Positions 8,371 to 18,988 of a DNA stretch of 64,000 nt are shown one piece after another. The notes below the pieces were generated by a model, which saw only the letters and a program-made list of their open reading frames with translations, did no database searches and was not told the DNA's origin. The translations under genes and the position numbers were made by a program. Source of the DNA: Solirubrobacterales bacterium (lineage in GTDB: Bacteria > Actinomycetota > Thermoleophilia > Solirubrobacterales > 70-9); assembly GCA_051986435.1 (NCBI GenBank), contig JBPYFM010000155.1:1548-65547 (forward strand), written 5' to 3'. Position 1 is the first letter of the stretch. Each line of letters opens with the position of its first letter.

Positions 8371-9779
8371 ACGAGTCCGCTCGGAGTCGAACGATCTCGC
8401 GCCTTCGGCACCGGGTCGCCGCGGGGATGTTCCCGGCCCCGGGAGGCGGCGGGCCGCGCTTCTCGCTCAAGGAGGGGACCGCGCTCATCCTCGGCTTTCT
8501 GGTCCTTGCCACCATGCTCTCGGTCCTCCGCCTGGGGAACGACGCCTTCCGCACGGTCTGGGCGGAGGACGCCACCGTCTTCATGGAGTCGGCATTCGCG
8601 CACGGCTACTGGCATTCGATCTTCGAACCGTACGCGGGCTACCTGAACGTCGTGCCGCGGCTGATCGGCGGGTTCGGGACGGTGATCCCGCTGCAGGACG
8701 CCGCGGCCGTGATCGCATTCCTGTCGGCGCTCTGTGCCGCGCTCAGCGGGCTGACCGTCTGGTTCGGGAGCGCCGGACAGGTGCGCGACCCCTGGTTGCG
8801 CGGTGGGCTGACGATGGCCGTGGCACTGGCCGCGACCGCCGGCCAGGAGACCCTCGACTCGGCCGCCTACGTGCCCTGGTTCATGCTTGTCGGTGCGTTC
8901 TGGCTGCTCTTCCTGCGACCGAAGACCTGGTGGGGGGCAGGCCTGGCGGCCGGCTTCCTGGTGCTCACCGGGCTCAGCACGCCGGGCGTCTGGTTCTTCA
9001 TCCCGGTCGGGGCTCTGCGAATTTTCTCGCTCTCGCCGCGGCGGGAGCCGCGCACCGCTCTGGTCGCAGCCGGTTGGCTCGCCGGGGGGCTTGCCCAGAT
9101 CCCGGTCATCTTGTCTCAGGATCAGGGGACCACGATGTGGTCCCGTCACATCTGGACGGCCCTGGTCCAGCGCGTGATCGACGGCGGCATCTTCGGGCAG
9201 CGACTCGGGGGCGGGCTCTGGGACATCTTCGGCTGGGCCTGGTTGACCGTGCTTTGCATCGTCCTCGTGGCAGTGCTTGTGCTCGGCCTCCGTCGCGCGC
9301 CGGAGAGCACCCGTTGGTTCGTCCCATCGGCGATCTTCATCTCCTTCGGGATGTTCATGTTCTCGGCCTACCAGCGGTCGATCGGACCGAGCATCTTCTG
9401 GTCGCCGGGCACCTCCGGCGGTACGGCCAGCCGCTATGCCCTGGTGCCATCGATGCTCTTCTTGAGCGCCTTCGTGGTGCTGCTCGACGGCGCCTTTCGC
9501 GATCGGGTGGCCCGTGGCCCGCGCTCGAACTGGCCGGCCATCGCCGGCGCCGCCTTGATGCTGGTCGCCGTCGCCGTCTCCTTCGATATGACCTCATCGG
9601 CGCGAAGCATGCCCTACTGGTCTGAAGCCCTGCGCTCGGCTGCCGACAAGTGCATCACCAAGCACGAAGAGTTCGCCGGCATCGAAACCTCTCCGCCACC
9701 GTTCGGCGTCGTGGTCTCCTGTTACCAGGTCGAACAGTTCGCCTCCCCCGGGATCCGCGATTCGGCCTCGGGGGACTAG
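8367..9779 (+). CDS. Polytopic membrane protein of unknown function (possible GT-C-like)
   Basis: ATGA overlap with the upstream gene. Multiple TM segments and an early loop WAEDATVFMESAF..EPYAGYLNVVPRLIG. Confidence 0.6.
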   Translation: MNESARSRTISRLRHRVAAGMFPAPGGGGPRFSLKEGTALILGFLVLATMLSVLRLGNDAFRTVWAEDATVFMESAFAHGYWHSIFEPYAGYLNVVPRLIGGFGTVIPLQDAAAVIAFLSALCAALSGLTVWFGSAGQVRDPWLRGGLTMAVALAATAGQETLDSAAYVPWFMLVGAFWLLFLRPKTWWGAGLAAGFLVLTGLSTPGVWFFIPVGALRIFSLSPRREPRTALVAAGWLAGGLAQIPVILSQDQGTTMWSRHIWTALVQRVIDGGIFGQRLGGGLWDIFGWAWLTVLCIVLVAVLVLGLRRAPESTRWFVPSAIFISFGMFMFSAYQRSIGPSIFWSPGTSGGTASRYALVPSMLFLSAFVVLLDGAFRDRVARGPRSNWPAIAGAALMLVAVAVSFDMTSSARSMPYWSEALRSAADKCITKHEEFAGIETSPPPFGVVVSCYQVEQFASPGIRDSASGD

Positions 9780-9799
9780 AACTTGTACCGTCACGGGCC

Positions 9800-10891
9800 G
9801 TGACCAGGCTTCTGATCACCGGCGGGGCCGGCTTCGTCGGCTCCAATCTTGCCGTCGAGCTCGCCATGCGGCACCCAGACTGGGAGATCCTCGTTCTCGA
9901 CAATCTCTACCGGCGGGGCTCGGCGCTGAACCTTCCACGCTTGGAAGAGGCGGGCGTGGAGTTCGTCAAGGGGGACGTGCGCGAGCCCGACGACCTGGCA
10001 AAGGTGTCGAAGCTCGACGCGATCGTCGAGTGCTCGGCCGAGCCGTCGGTGATGAGCGGCGTCGATGGAGACACGGGCTACCTGGTCCACACGAACCTCA
10101 CCGGTGCCTACAACTGCCTCGAGCTGGCGCGACGGGACTCGGCCTTCTTCGTGTTCCTCTCGACCAGCCGCGTCTACCCGGTCGAGCTTCAGGTCGGGCT
10201 GCGGTTGGAGGAGGCGGCGACACGATTCGAGCTCGCGGCCGAGCAGCGTGTTCGCGGTGTCTCCCCGGCAGGGATCTCCGAGGAGTTCCCGTTGGAGGGG
10301 GCACGGACGCTCTACGGCGCCACCAAGCTGGCCGCCGAGTTACTGGTCGAGGAGTACCGGGCGTCGCTCGGAGTCCCGGCCGTGATCGACCGCTTCGGCG
10401 TCGTCGCCGGACCTTGGCAGATGGGCAAGGTGGACCAGGGGGTGTTCACCCACTGGATGCTTGCCCACTACTTCCGCAACCCGCTCTCCTATATCGGGTT
10501 CGGAGGACATGGCAAGCAGGTGCGGGACCTCCTTCACGTCCAGGATCTGGTCGACCTGGTCGAGCGCCAGCTGCTCGAGCCGAGCAAGTGGGATGGGCGA
10601 ACCGTGAACGCCGGTGGCGGCCGCGAGATCAGCCTCTCGCTGATGGAGACGACGGCGATCTGCCGGGAGCTGACGGGGAACGAGGTACCGATCACACCGG
10701 TCGCCGAGACCAGGCAGGGCGACGTGCCCATATATCTTTCCGACTGCGCACGGCTGTTCGAGCTTGATGAGTGGCGTCCCCGGCGGAGCGCCAAGCAGGT
10801 GCTCGCCGACATCCACGAGTGGATCGCCGCCGACGAGGACCGGATCGCCGAGGCGCTGGAAATCAAGGCCCCCGCGGGGGGGAAGGAGTAG
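9800..10891 (+). CDS. NAD-dependent nucleotide-sugar epimerase/dehydratase (extended SDR, CDP-paratose-2-epimerase-like)
   Basis: GTG start directly before [14 protein letters not shown]. Contains the YGATKLAAE (YxxxK) motif. The ORF upstream of 9800 overlaps the previous gene. Confidence 0.8.
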   Translation: MTRLLITGGAGFVGSNLAVELAMRHPDWEILVLDNLYRRGSALNLPRLEEAGVEFVKGDVREPDDLAKVSKLDAIVECSAEPSVMSGVDGDTGYLVHTNLTGAYNCLELARRDSAFFVFLSTSRVYPVELQVGLRLEEAATRFELAAEQRVRGVSPAGISEEFPLEGARTLYGATKLAAELLVEEYRASLGVPAVIDRFGVVAGPWQMGKVDQGVFTHWMLAHYFRNPLSYIGFGGHGKQVRDLLHVQDLVDLVERQLLEPSKWDGRTVNAGGGREISLSLMETTAICRELTGNEVPITPVAETRQGDVPIYLSDCARLFELDEWRPRRSAKQVLADIHEWIAADEDRIAEALEIKAPAGGKE

Positions 10892-10895
10892 GACA

Positions 10896-11965
<1,070 letters not shown>

Positions 11966-11969
<4 letters not shown>

Positions 11970-12733
11970 GACTGTCGGTGGTGATGCCGGCCCAGAACGA
12001 GGAGGGGTCGGTCGGCGCCACGGTCGAAGGGCTGGTCTCGACCTTGGAGGGCGCCGAGATCGATTATGAGATCGTCGTCGTGAACGACGACTCCGAGGAC
12101 TCGACCGAAGCCGTCATCGCCGCGATCGGCGCGCAGAACCCGCGCGTCCGGGTCCACAAGTCCCACTACGAACGCGGTTTCGGCAACGCGATCCGGGCGG
12201 GCCTCGACGTCTTCGAGGGCGACGCGGTTGCGATCGTGATGGCCGATGCCTCCGACGACCCCCGTGACCTCGTCCGTTATCACCGCCTGCTCGAGGAGGG
12301 CTGGGACTGCGCCTTCGGCTCGCGCTTCATGCCGGGCGCCGAGATCCACGATTACCCGCCCCTCAAGCTCTTCATCAACCGGATGGCGAACCAGTTCATC
12401 CGCCTCCTCTTCCGGCACCGTTACAACGACACCACCAACGCCTTCAAGGCCTACAAGCGCGAGGTCATCGAGACCGTCCAGCCGCTCCTCTCCAAACACT
12501 TCAACCTCACCGTCGAGCTCCCCTTGAAGGCGATCGTCCGCGGCCACAGCTTCGCGGTCGTCCCCACCTCCTGGACCAACCGCACCGCCGGCGAGGCGAA
12601 GCTGAAGATGAAAGAGATGGGCAGCCGCTATCTCTTCATCGTGCTGTACGTCTGGCTTGAGAAAGTGCTGAGCCGGGGCGATTATCAGATCCGCGAACCG
12701 CGGACGGGGCGCGAGCCTTCGAGACAGCCTTAA
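11966..12733 (+). CDS. DPM1-like GT2 (polyprenyl-phosphate sugar synthase-like)
   Basis: ATGA overlap with the upstream gene. [40 protein letters not shown] and [10 protein letters not shown] motifs. Confidence 0.8.
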
Positions 12734-14340
12734 TCGCCGCCGCGCTTGAGGCGGCGTAGGGTTGCGCCGATCCATCGCAGCGGCGCGCCGAGCTTCCACG
12801 TGCGCGATCCCAACAGCACCGCCAGCCTTTGATGTGCGGCCGCGTTTTCGGCTTCGGCCCTTATTGCGCGCTCCTCGGCCTCTCTGGCACGCTGTTCGGC
12901 CATCTGCGCTCCTTCGGCCGCTCGTTCGGCAGCCCGCTCGGCCGCCCGGATCGCCGCGTCCACAGCGGGCCGGCGCAGTTCCTCGACCTCCGTCAGCCGC
13001 GCCGCGAGATCGACCCGCAGCCCGGCGGGCTCGACGGAGCGCGCTCGTAGGCGTCCGTCCAGCCGCGCGGCCTCGTCCGCCATGTCGGCCAGAAGCCCGC
13101 CGGCGAGGCGACTCAGCAGATCCGTTTCGGCGTCGGCGCGTCGGCGTCGGAATTCCTCGCCGCGGGCGGCAATCTTGTCACGCAGGTCGCCGCCGCCGTC
13201 GAGTATCGCGGTGGACACGGGATCCAGGTCGGAGCCCGGAGAAAGTGCGAATGAAGGAGGCAGCCCGAATGCTGCGAGAAGGCCGGCCGCCTTCTGCTCG
13301 TAGTAGGGGTTGTCGGCGAAGAAGACCGTCGGGATCCCGAGCAGGAGTGACGTGAGGGCGATGTGGTACGAGCAGCTGATCGTGGCCCGCGCGCCCTGCA
13401 GTTCCGGCAGGATCTCTTCGAGCGTGGAAGGACGGAGGACCCGAGGCTCCTCCACCTCGATTCCGCGGCGCACGGCCTCGGCCGCGAGCGCCGCCGTCCC
13501 CGGGCGCTCGTCGATACCACTGTCCATGTACGCGATCAGGGGCCGGAGCCGTACCGTGCGCCCGGTCCGCCGTCCGAGGTCCGTCACGAAGTCGAGCGTG
13601 TAGTCGCGCAGGTCGTCTGGTCGGCCGCTGACCCATTGGTGCCCGCCGAAATGGAGGTTGACGTCGAGTCTGCCCGGCGCCTCCGGCTCGTCCCCGTCCG
13701 AGGCGACGATCGGTATCGCGCCGAGGGCATCGTCGCCGGTGTCGACCACGGTCGCCCCTGACTCGAGGCTCGCGAATGCATCGGCTGACAGCGGGTCGCG
13801 TGCCCCGAGCAGCTCGAAGGAGCGCAGCATTGTCAGATCGTCCGGCGCCAGGCTCTCCAGCCAGCCCCGGTCTACCTGTAATCCGCTTGAGAGCCGCGTC
13901 ACGTGGTCGATGTCGGCCGCCCGCAGGAGATCTTCGGCAGTCCGCACCATCGCCAGCTTGCGGGCCCCCCAGGATGAGTTGAGGTAACCCCCGCCATACA
14001 GATAGATGCTGCCAACGGCAATGGTCGGCGGGACCGCAAGGGGCACCAGGTCATCTTTGCCTGCCTGCTCCGGATCGAAGAAGAGCGCATGCTCGGGGGG
14101 CCGCTGGAAGGTTGTCAGGAGCTTCTCGTGTCCCGCGAGATGTATCCGCTCCAGTACTGGCAGCACCAGCAGCCCGCGTCCGAGGGGCTCCAGAAGCCGG
14201 AGGCCTGCGTCGAGCTGGGCGATGTCCCCATAATTGCCGGAGCCGTCATAGCTGCCGACAAGGATCGCCACGGCCCGCGCTTCGGCAAGCGCCCTGCGGG
14301 TAGCCCGCGTTACGTACAGCGGCAGGTTGAGCGACGTCAC
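12730..14340 (-). CDS. Polysaccharide pyruvyl-transferase-like protein with C-terminal coiled coil
   Basis: GSYDGSGNYGDIAQ near the N-terminus and SCSYHIALTSLLLGIPTVFF (CsaB/PS_pyruv_trans-like). The last ~110 aa are an Ala/Glu/Arg-rich heptad-like region ending SRTWKLGAPLRWI. The GTG start overlaps the upstream stop. Confidence 0.65.
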   Translation of the reverse strand: MTSLNLPLYVTRATRRALAEARAVAILVGSYDGSGNYGDIAQLDAGLRLLEPLGRGLLVLPVLERIHLAGHEKLLTTFQRPPEHALFFDPEQAGKDDLVPLAVPPTIAVGSIYLYGGGYLNSSWGARKLAMVRTAEDLLRAADIDHVTRLSSGLQVDRGWLESLAPDDLTMLRSFELLGARDPLSADAFASLESGATVVDTGDDALGAIPIVASDGDEPEAPGRLDVNLHFGGHQWVSGRPDDLRDYTLDFVTDLGRRTGRTVRLRPLIAYMDSGIDERPGTAALAAEAVRRGIEVEEPRVLRPSTLEEILPELQGARATISCSYHIALTSLLLGIPTVFFADNPYYEQKAAGLLAAFGLPPSFALSPGSDLDPVSTAILDGGGDLRDKIAARGEEFRRRRADAETDLLSRLAGGLLADMADEAARLDGRLRARSVEPAGLRVDLAARLTEVEELRRPAVDAAIRAAERAAERAAEGAQMAEQRAREAEERAIRAEAENAAAHQRLAVLLGSRTWKLGAPLRWIGATLRRLKRGGD

Positions 14341-17021
14341 GCCGTGATTCTCTCGGTAGCGCTTGCCGGGTGCGTACCACCCGTGAGGTCCTCGATCAGG
14401 TCGGCGCCACTGCGGAGGCGCTCGACCAGCAACGTGACGCTGTCGCGGTCGGCCCCGCCCAAGCAGGTCAGGGTGTCGAAGCCCCCGACCGGTTGCTCGG
14501 CGGTCAGGGGTACCTCAGTGAGGACAAGGTGGGCTGCCAGGTCAGGTTCCCGGGCGCGAGCGACGGCGACGCGATCCACCAGCGCGTCCCACTCCGCACC
14601 GGCACTCGTCGGCGACAGCGCGAGCAGTGTGCGGCCGCCGTCCGCGCCGGCCCATGGCACGGTCGTGTCCAACTGGTCGAGGTGCCGGTACTGAAAGAAC
14701 CGCCAGTGCTTTGGCGAGTCGCATACGTGGGTCGTTCGCTCCGGGACCGCACAGAGGCAGTCGAGGATTTCGCCCAGCGGCTCTTGGCGGCCGATGATCG
14801 GCAGTGGTGCGGTGACGCTCGCGCCCTTCAGCTCGAGGTTCCGCTCGATCCAGACATCGCCGCCTGGCATACGCAGCGACGCCAGCGCGGCGGGTTTGGC
14901 GGCGATCGCGATTCGCTCTCCGCCGGCGTCGAGGGCAACCGTCCCATAGCTGTGCAGCTCGAGCTGGAGACGCAGAAGAACGCCTGCCAGCAGCCGCCGA
15001 TCACGCAGCAGGTCGACTTCTGTCGCGGTGGTCAGGACGAACGCGTCCGCTAGCTGCTCCTCATCGCAGAGTGCAGCCAGCGGTACCCGCCGTGGCTCCA
15101 GGTCGGCCGCGGCCATCAGCAGCGCGTCGGCACGATCGCAGCGTACGAGCGCGAAGCGCGGCGCTTCTGCATGCTCGCGACGGCAGAGCGATCCGGCCCT
15201 GTAGGCGTCCTCGTGACGTTGGCGGATATCGGCCTTGATCTGTTCCTCCCGGAGTTGGGCGCCTACCAACATCGAATCGGGCACGCGCCGATAGCGGAAG
15301 CCACAGCGGCCGGCACCGGCACCGGCGAACCCTGCCAACGACGCCCGCAGGAAAAACTCCCAGTCCTCGAACCCCTTGCGCATCGTCTCGTCGAACTCGA
15401 TCCCTGCCTCGAAGACGGTGCGTCGGACCAGAGTTCCCGTGTCGGACTGGTTGGTGAACAGCTGGCGATAGGGGAGGTGCGGTCCGAGCACGTTCCATCC
15501 ACCGTCGGTCGAGGCTCCGAACATCTCCAGGGCAGGCGAAGCCCATGCCAGTTTCGAATCGGCTTCCATCGGCTCCCACAAGGCGGCGATGGTCCGCGGC
15601 GAGAGCAGGTTGTCGGCGTCGAGGAAGAAGAAGGCCTCGACGTCTGGCCAGCGCCGGATCGCCTGGCGGATGCCGGCGTTCCGGGCCGCTGCGACGCCGG
15701 CGTTGGCCTGACGCAGGAAGTCGACCCGGTCGGGATTTGCATCGCCCAGAGCCCTGCCGATCCGTGCGGTCTCTGGGTCTGGACAGCCGTCATCCACGAT
15801 CGTCACACCGACGCCGAACGTGGCGTCTTGGGCCAACGCGGAGCCAACGGCTCCGGCCATGTAGTGCGCCTGTTTCCAGACGGGAACGATGACCGCGACC
15901 CGCACGGACGGAGCGGGGCCCTCGCCGTGGCGCCGACGGAATCCCCGCGACAGTCCTTCCCTGCGCTTGGCTCGCTGCACCGGGCCTTCGACGGCTCGCT
16001 CGAGGTCGACCCTTTCGGCCGCGCGGGCGACGTCGAGCACATCTTCCCAGAGGACTCGCTGGAACGGATCCGGGATCTCGATGTCTACGACGCGCTCAAG
16101 GTCGAGCTCCGAAGGCATCGTCTCGACTCGATCCCGCAGGCCGAAGGCCTCCAGCGTCACCATCGTCATCAGGCAGTCGTCGCAGCGACCGCAGTCGAAA
16201 GCCTCGCCGGAATTCCCCGCGCAGACCCGGAGCCATCGTCGCGCGGCGTGGTGTTCGGCCACCAGTCGGGTTCGCGCGACCCGGCTCAGGCCGCCGCCGG
16301 CGTCGGCGATCTCAAGGGCCTCGGTGCTCCAGAGCTGGTCCACCATCCAACCGGCCCCGGACCTCTCCTGGAGCTCATAGTCGGCGTCGCCGGTGATCAG
16401 GATCCGGTCGAAGAGCGGCTCGAAGAGGAAGGCGACCGCCACTGCGGCGCAGCCGCGGTAGGCCTCCCACGGGATCAGTTGGTCTGAGAGCCCCCGCAGA
16501 TTGGTGCGAACCACGTGGAGCGCGAGCCCGAGTTGCGACGCGGCATCGCGCACAAGCTCCGTGGGAACCGGGTCCAAGCCTTCGATAAGGATCAGGTCGG
16601 TCACCCCCGGTTCGGAGAGGACGGTCGCCCAGGAGTCGAGGCCGCCGTCGAAGAAGGCGGCGACACGGTTCTTCGGAGGCGTCGGCTCGACCACCCGCGT
16701 CAACGCGACCACCTCGATCTCATGCAACGGTCCGTCGATGAAGTCCCATCCGGTGGACCAGGCACGCTGGATCGCCTGGAACTCGCGCACTGAGCGCAGT
16801 ACGCGAGGGCTGATCGGTTCCTCCAGCCGCAAGGTGCCGCCCAGTCGCATCGCCGGCATGAGGCAGGCGGCGAGCGCCACCTCGGCCGCCGGGAGGGTCT
16901 GAGTCTCGGTCCTGAACCAGACACGCCGCGTTTCCGATGCGATGCGGGCCTCGAAGGAGATCTCCCCCGGCGCACGCTTGAGATTGGTTATCTCGTGTCG
17001 ATGTTCGGTCGCCGGCGACAA
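14337..17021 (-). CDS. Multidomain protein: QueC-like PP-loop domain + GT2 glycosyltransferase + C-terminal domain of unknown function
   Basis: aa 123-130 AAFFDGGLDS (SGGxDS-like). aa 267-283 C-x9-C-x2-C-x2-C (CGRCDDC). GT2 core VAVIVPVWKQ..VTIVDDGCPDPE..FLDADNLL..GFEDWEFFLR. The TTG start is uncertain. Confidence 0.7.
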   Translation of the reverse strand: MSPATEHRHEITNLKRAPGEISFEARIASETRRVWFRTETQTLPAAEVALAACLMPAMRLGGTLRLEEPISPRVLRSVREFQAIQRAWSTGWDFIDGPLHEIEVVALTRVVEPTPPKNRVAAFFDGGLDSWATVLSEPGVTDLILIEGLDPVPTELVRDAASQLGLALHVVRTNLRGLSDQLIPWEAYRGCAAVAVAFLFEPLFDRILITGDADYELQERSGAGWMVDQLWSTEALEIADAGGGLSRVARTRLVAEHHAARRWLRVCAGNSGEAFDCGRCDDCLMTMVTLEAFGLRDRVETMPSELDLERVVDIEIPDPFQRVLWEDVLDVARAAERVDLERAVEGPVQRAKRREGLSRGFRRRHGEGPAPSVRVAVIVPVWKQAHYMAGAVGSALAQDATFGVGVTIVDDGCPDPETARIGRALGDANPDRVDFLRQANAGVAAARNAGIRQAIRRWPDVEAFFFLDADNLLSPRTIAALWEPMEADSKLAWASPALEMFGASTDGGWNVLGPHLPYRQLFTNQSDTGTLVRRTVFEAGIEFDETMRKGFEDWEFFLRASLAGFAGAGAGRCGFRYRRVPDSMLVGAQLREEQIKADIRQRHEDAYRAGSLCRREHAEAPRFALVRCDRADALLMAAADLEPRRVPLAALCDEEQLADAFVLTTATEVDLLRDRRLLAGVLLRLQLELHSYGTVALDAGGERIAIAAKPAALASLRMPGGDVWIERNLELKGASVTAPLPIIGRQEPLGEILDCLCAVPERTTHVCDSPKHWRFFQYRHLDQLDTTVPWAGADGGRTLLALSPTSAGAEWDALVDRVAVARAREPDLAAHLVLTEVPLTAEQPVGGFDTLTCLGGADRDSVTLLVERLRSGADLIEDLTGGTHPASATERITA

Positions 17022-17083
17022 GGCTCAAGGGTCCCGGGCAAGGATCGTGTGATCGAAGTCATCCCGCGGACCTGAAACATAGT

Positions 17084-18988
17084 TCAGCGACGCGCGAACC
17101 CGAGCTCGTTCCCAGTTTCGTGCCAGACGATGAAGACGAGGAGCGCCGCCAGTACGACCATCGCGGCGATGGCGACGGCGTCGCTCAGCGTGTAGACGCT
17201 GCTCGTCAGGACGAGGCCGCGCGTTCCCCAGGTGAGCGCGACCATCACCGCGAAGACCTCGATCGCGCGGACGCAGAGCACCAACCGCACCGGCACCGAG
17301 CGCAGCCAGGGGAAGCCGCGCGCGGCCTGGTCGAGGGCCAGGACGGCCACCACGAGCAGCACCCAGTACTGGAGTCCTTCGCGCAGGAGGCCGGTGAGAT
17401 CGAAGCCCCAGTAGACGACGAAGAAGAGGAACGGGATCACGATCGTCACCAGGATCGGCCAGGTCCAGCGCTTGAGCGCCCGCCACAGGCCGGCCAGCAG
17501 CAAGGGATAGAAGAGGATGCCGAGGCCGAAGGCAAGGCTGGTCCAGTACTGGTCGAAGAAGTGGACGACCCCCGGGGACTGCCCACCCAGGCGGTTGTTC
17601 CATTCGGTGTGCGGGTGGAAGATCGGCGTGAACAGCGGCACCAGCGTTCCGGCCAGGCTGGCCCAGCGGAAGTCGAGCCACTGGCCCACCGTCGGGTGCG
17701 TGTTCCAGACCGAGGCCCAGCCGATGTATTCGAGGAAGCCGCTCTGCTGGAAGTGGGGACCGTTGTAGATTTTCCACGCCTCGACCAGGATCGCCGCTCC
17801 GATGCCGAGCAGGATCACGGTGAGCAGCTGCGGCCGGCGAAAGTCCGGCCATCGGAAGGCCGGGCGCTTCGGCGGCCAGAAAGCGTACGGCGCGATGCTG
17901 ACGAGGCCGACCAACGCGCTCGGGTGCATGAGGTAGCCGGCCGAGACCGACAGCCCGGCCCGGAACGGCTTGCGTTCGATCACCCAGAGGAAGCCGATCA
18001 GGACGAAGGCGGCGGCGAGCAGTTTGGGCCAGGTGAACATCAAGTCCTCGATCAGGAACGGCGTGCTCACCGCGAGCAGCAACGCCAAGCGCGCCGCTTT
18101 CGCGCCGCCGACCCTGCGGACAAGTTGCCAGAGTGCCAAGAAGGCGGAGCAGGTGAAGGTCATCATCGCGATCCGGAACGCCATGAAGCCCTGGCCGTCG
18201 AAGGGTTGCCAGGGGGCTTCCGACGACGTCAGTTCCGGACGACCGCCGCTCATCAGCACGATCGGGGCGCTGGCCATCCCCGGTATCGGGCCGCGACTGG
18301 AGAAGTCGTACGGAGCGAAGGTCTCGAGACCGATCGTCCCGTGCGGGTTTTCGCCGTGGACGAGCATGCGGACGACGAGGTAGGAGGTCTGGCTGTCGGG
18401 TCGGCCCTCGGGCTGCAGGGTACGCGCGATCGACCCTTCGAACATCTCGCCTTCGGGGCCGAGAGACCAGAGTGCGCGGGCGATCCCCAGCGCCAAGGCC
18501 AGCGACGTGAGGACGAGGGTGCGCTGCTCCTCGCGGTCGAAGATGTCCTCCTCGACGCTTGCGAGCACCCCGACGATCAGTCCCAGCGCCGGGCCTAGGA
18601 TCGCGAAGCTGATCGTCTTCACATCGACCGATCCCGCGAGGAGCCAGGCGGCGAGGACGGTCAGCGCCAGCAACGCCAGGCCTGGGATCGGCAGGAGCGC
18701 GAGGCTGATTCGCCGCCCTAAAGCCCTCCAGACGGTGCCGGGTCCGAGCAGCAGGGTGATGGCGAGCGCCGTCGTCGTCAGCACGCGCAAGACATCCACC
18801 GCCTCTTGGCGGTGGGTGGCGTGCGAGCCGAGGGAGGGGGGGTCGAAGATGCCGAGCAGACAACCGATCCCGGCCAGCCCGCAGAGGGCCACCATCGTCG
18901 CCTTCTCCGCCCTGGCGGGCCACAGGGCGGCCGGCCCTTCCACCCGCAGCGAGGTCACCAGGGCAGACGCGGCCTGCGTCGCACCCAT
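17084..18988 (-). CDS. Polytopic membrane protein, GT-C-like (paralog of 6601..8370)
   Basis: More than 12 hydrophobic segments and a shared WPKL[IL]AAAF motif. The start is uncertain: ATG at 18988 overlaps the upstream gene by 34 nt, and ATG at 18895 is the alternative. The longer ORF reaching 19339 overlaps the upstream GT2. Confidence 0.6.
   Translation of the reverse strand: MGATQAASALVTSLRVEGPAALWPARAEKATMVALCGLAGIGCLLGIFDPPSLGSHATHRQEAVDVLRVLTTTALAITLLLGPGTVWRALGRRISLALLPIPGLALLALTVLAAWLLAGSVDVKTISFAILGPALGLIVGVLASVEEDIFDREEQRTLVLTSLALALGIARALWSLGPEGEMFEGSIARTLQPEGRPDSQTSYLVVRMLVHGENPHGTIGLETFAPYDFSSRGPIPGMASAPIVLMSGGRPELTSSEAPWQPFDGQGFMAFRIAMMTFTCSAFLALWQLVRRVGGAKAARLALLLAVSTPFLIEDLMFTWPKLLAAAFVLIGFLWVIERKPFRAGLSVSAGYLMHPSALVGLVSIAPYAFWPPKRPAFRWPDFRRPQLLTVILLGIGAAILVEAWKIYNGPHFQQSGFLEYIGWASVWNTHPTVGQWLDFRWASLAGTLVPLFTPIFHPHTEWNNRLGGQSPGVVHFFDQYWTSLAFGLGILFYPLLLAGLWRALKRWTWPILVTIVIPFLFFVVYWGFDLTGLLREGLQYWVLLVVAVLALDQAARGFPWLRSVPVRLVLCVRAIEVFAVMVALTWGTRGLVLTSSVYTLSDAVAIAAMVVLAALLVFIVWHETGNELGFARR

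Noticed and set aside
17025-18923. 632-aa minus-strand ORF in an alternative frame to 17084..18988
   Set aside because: The translation is Arg/Pro/Gly-rich (..RRGGHLRPRGAAHPRPH..) with no hydrophobic pattern. The competing frame gives a 12+-TM protein paralogous to 6601..8370.
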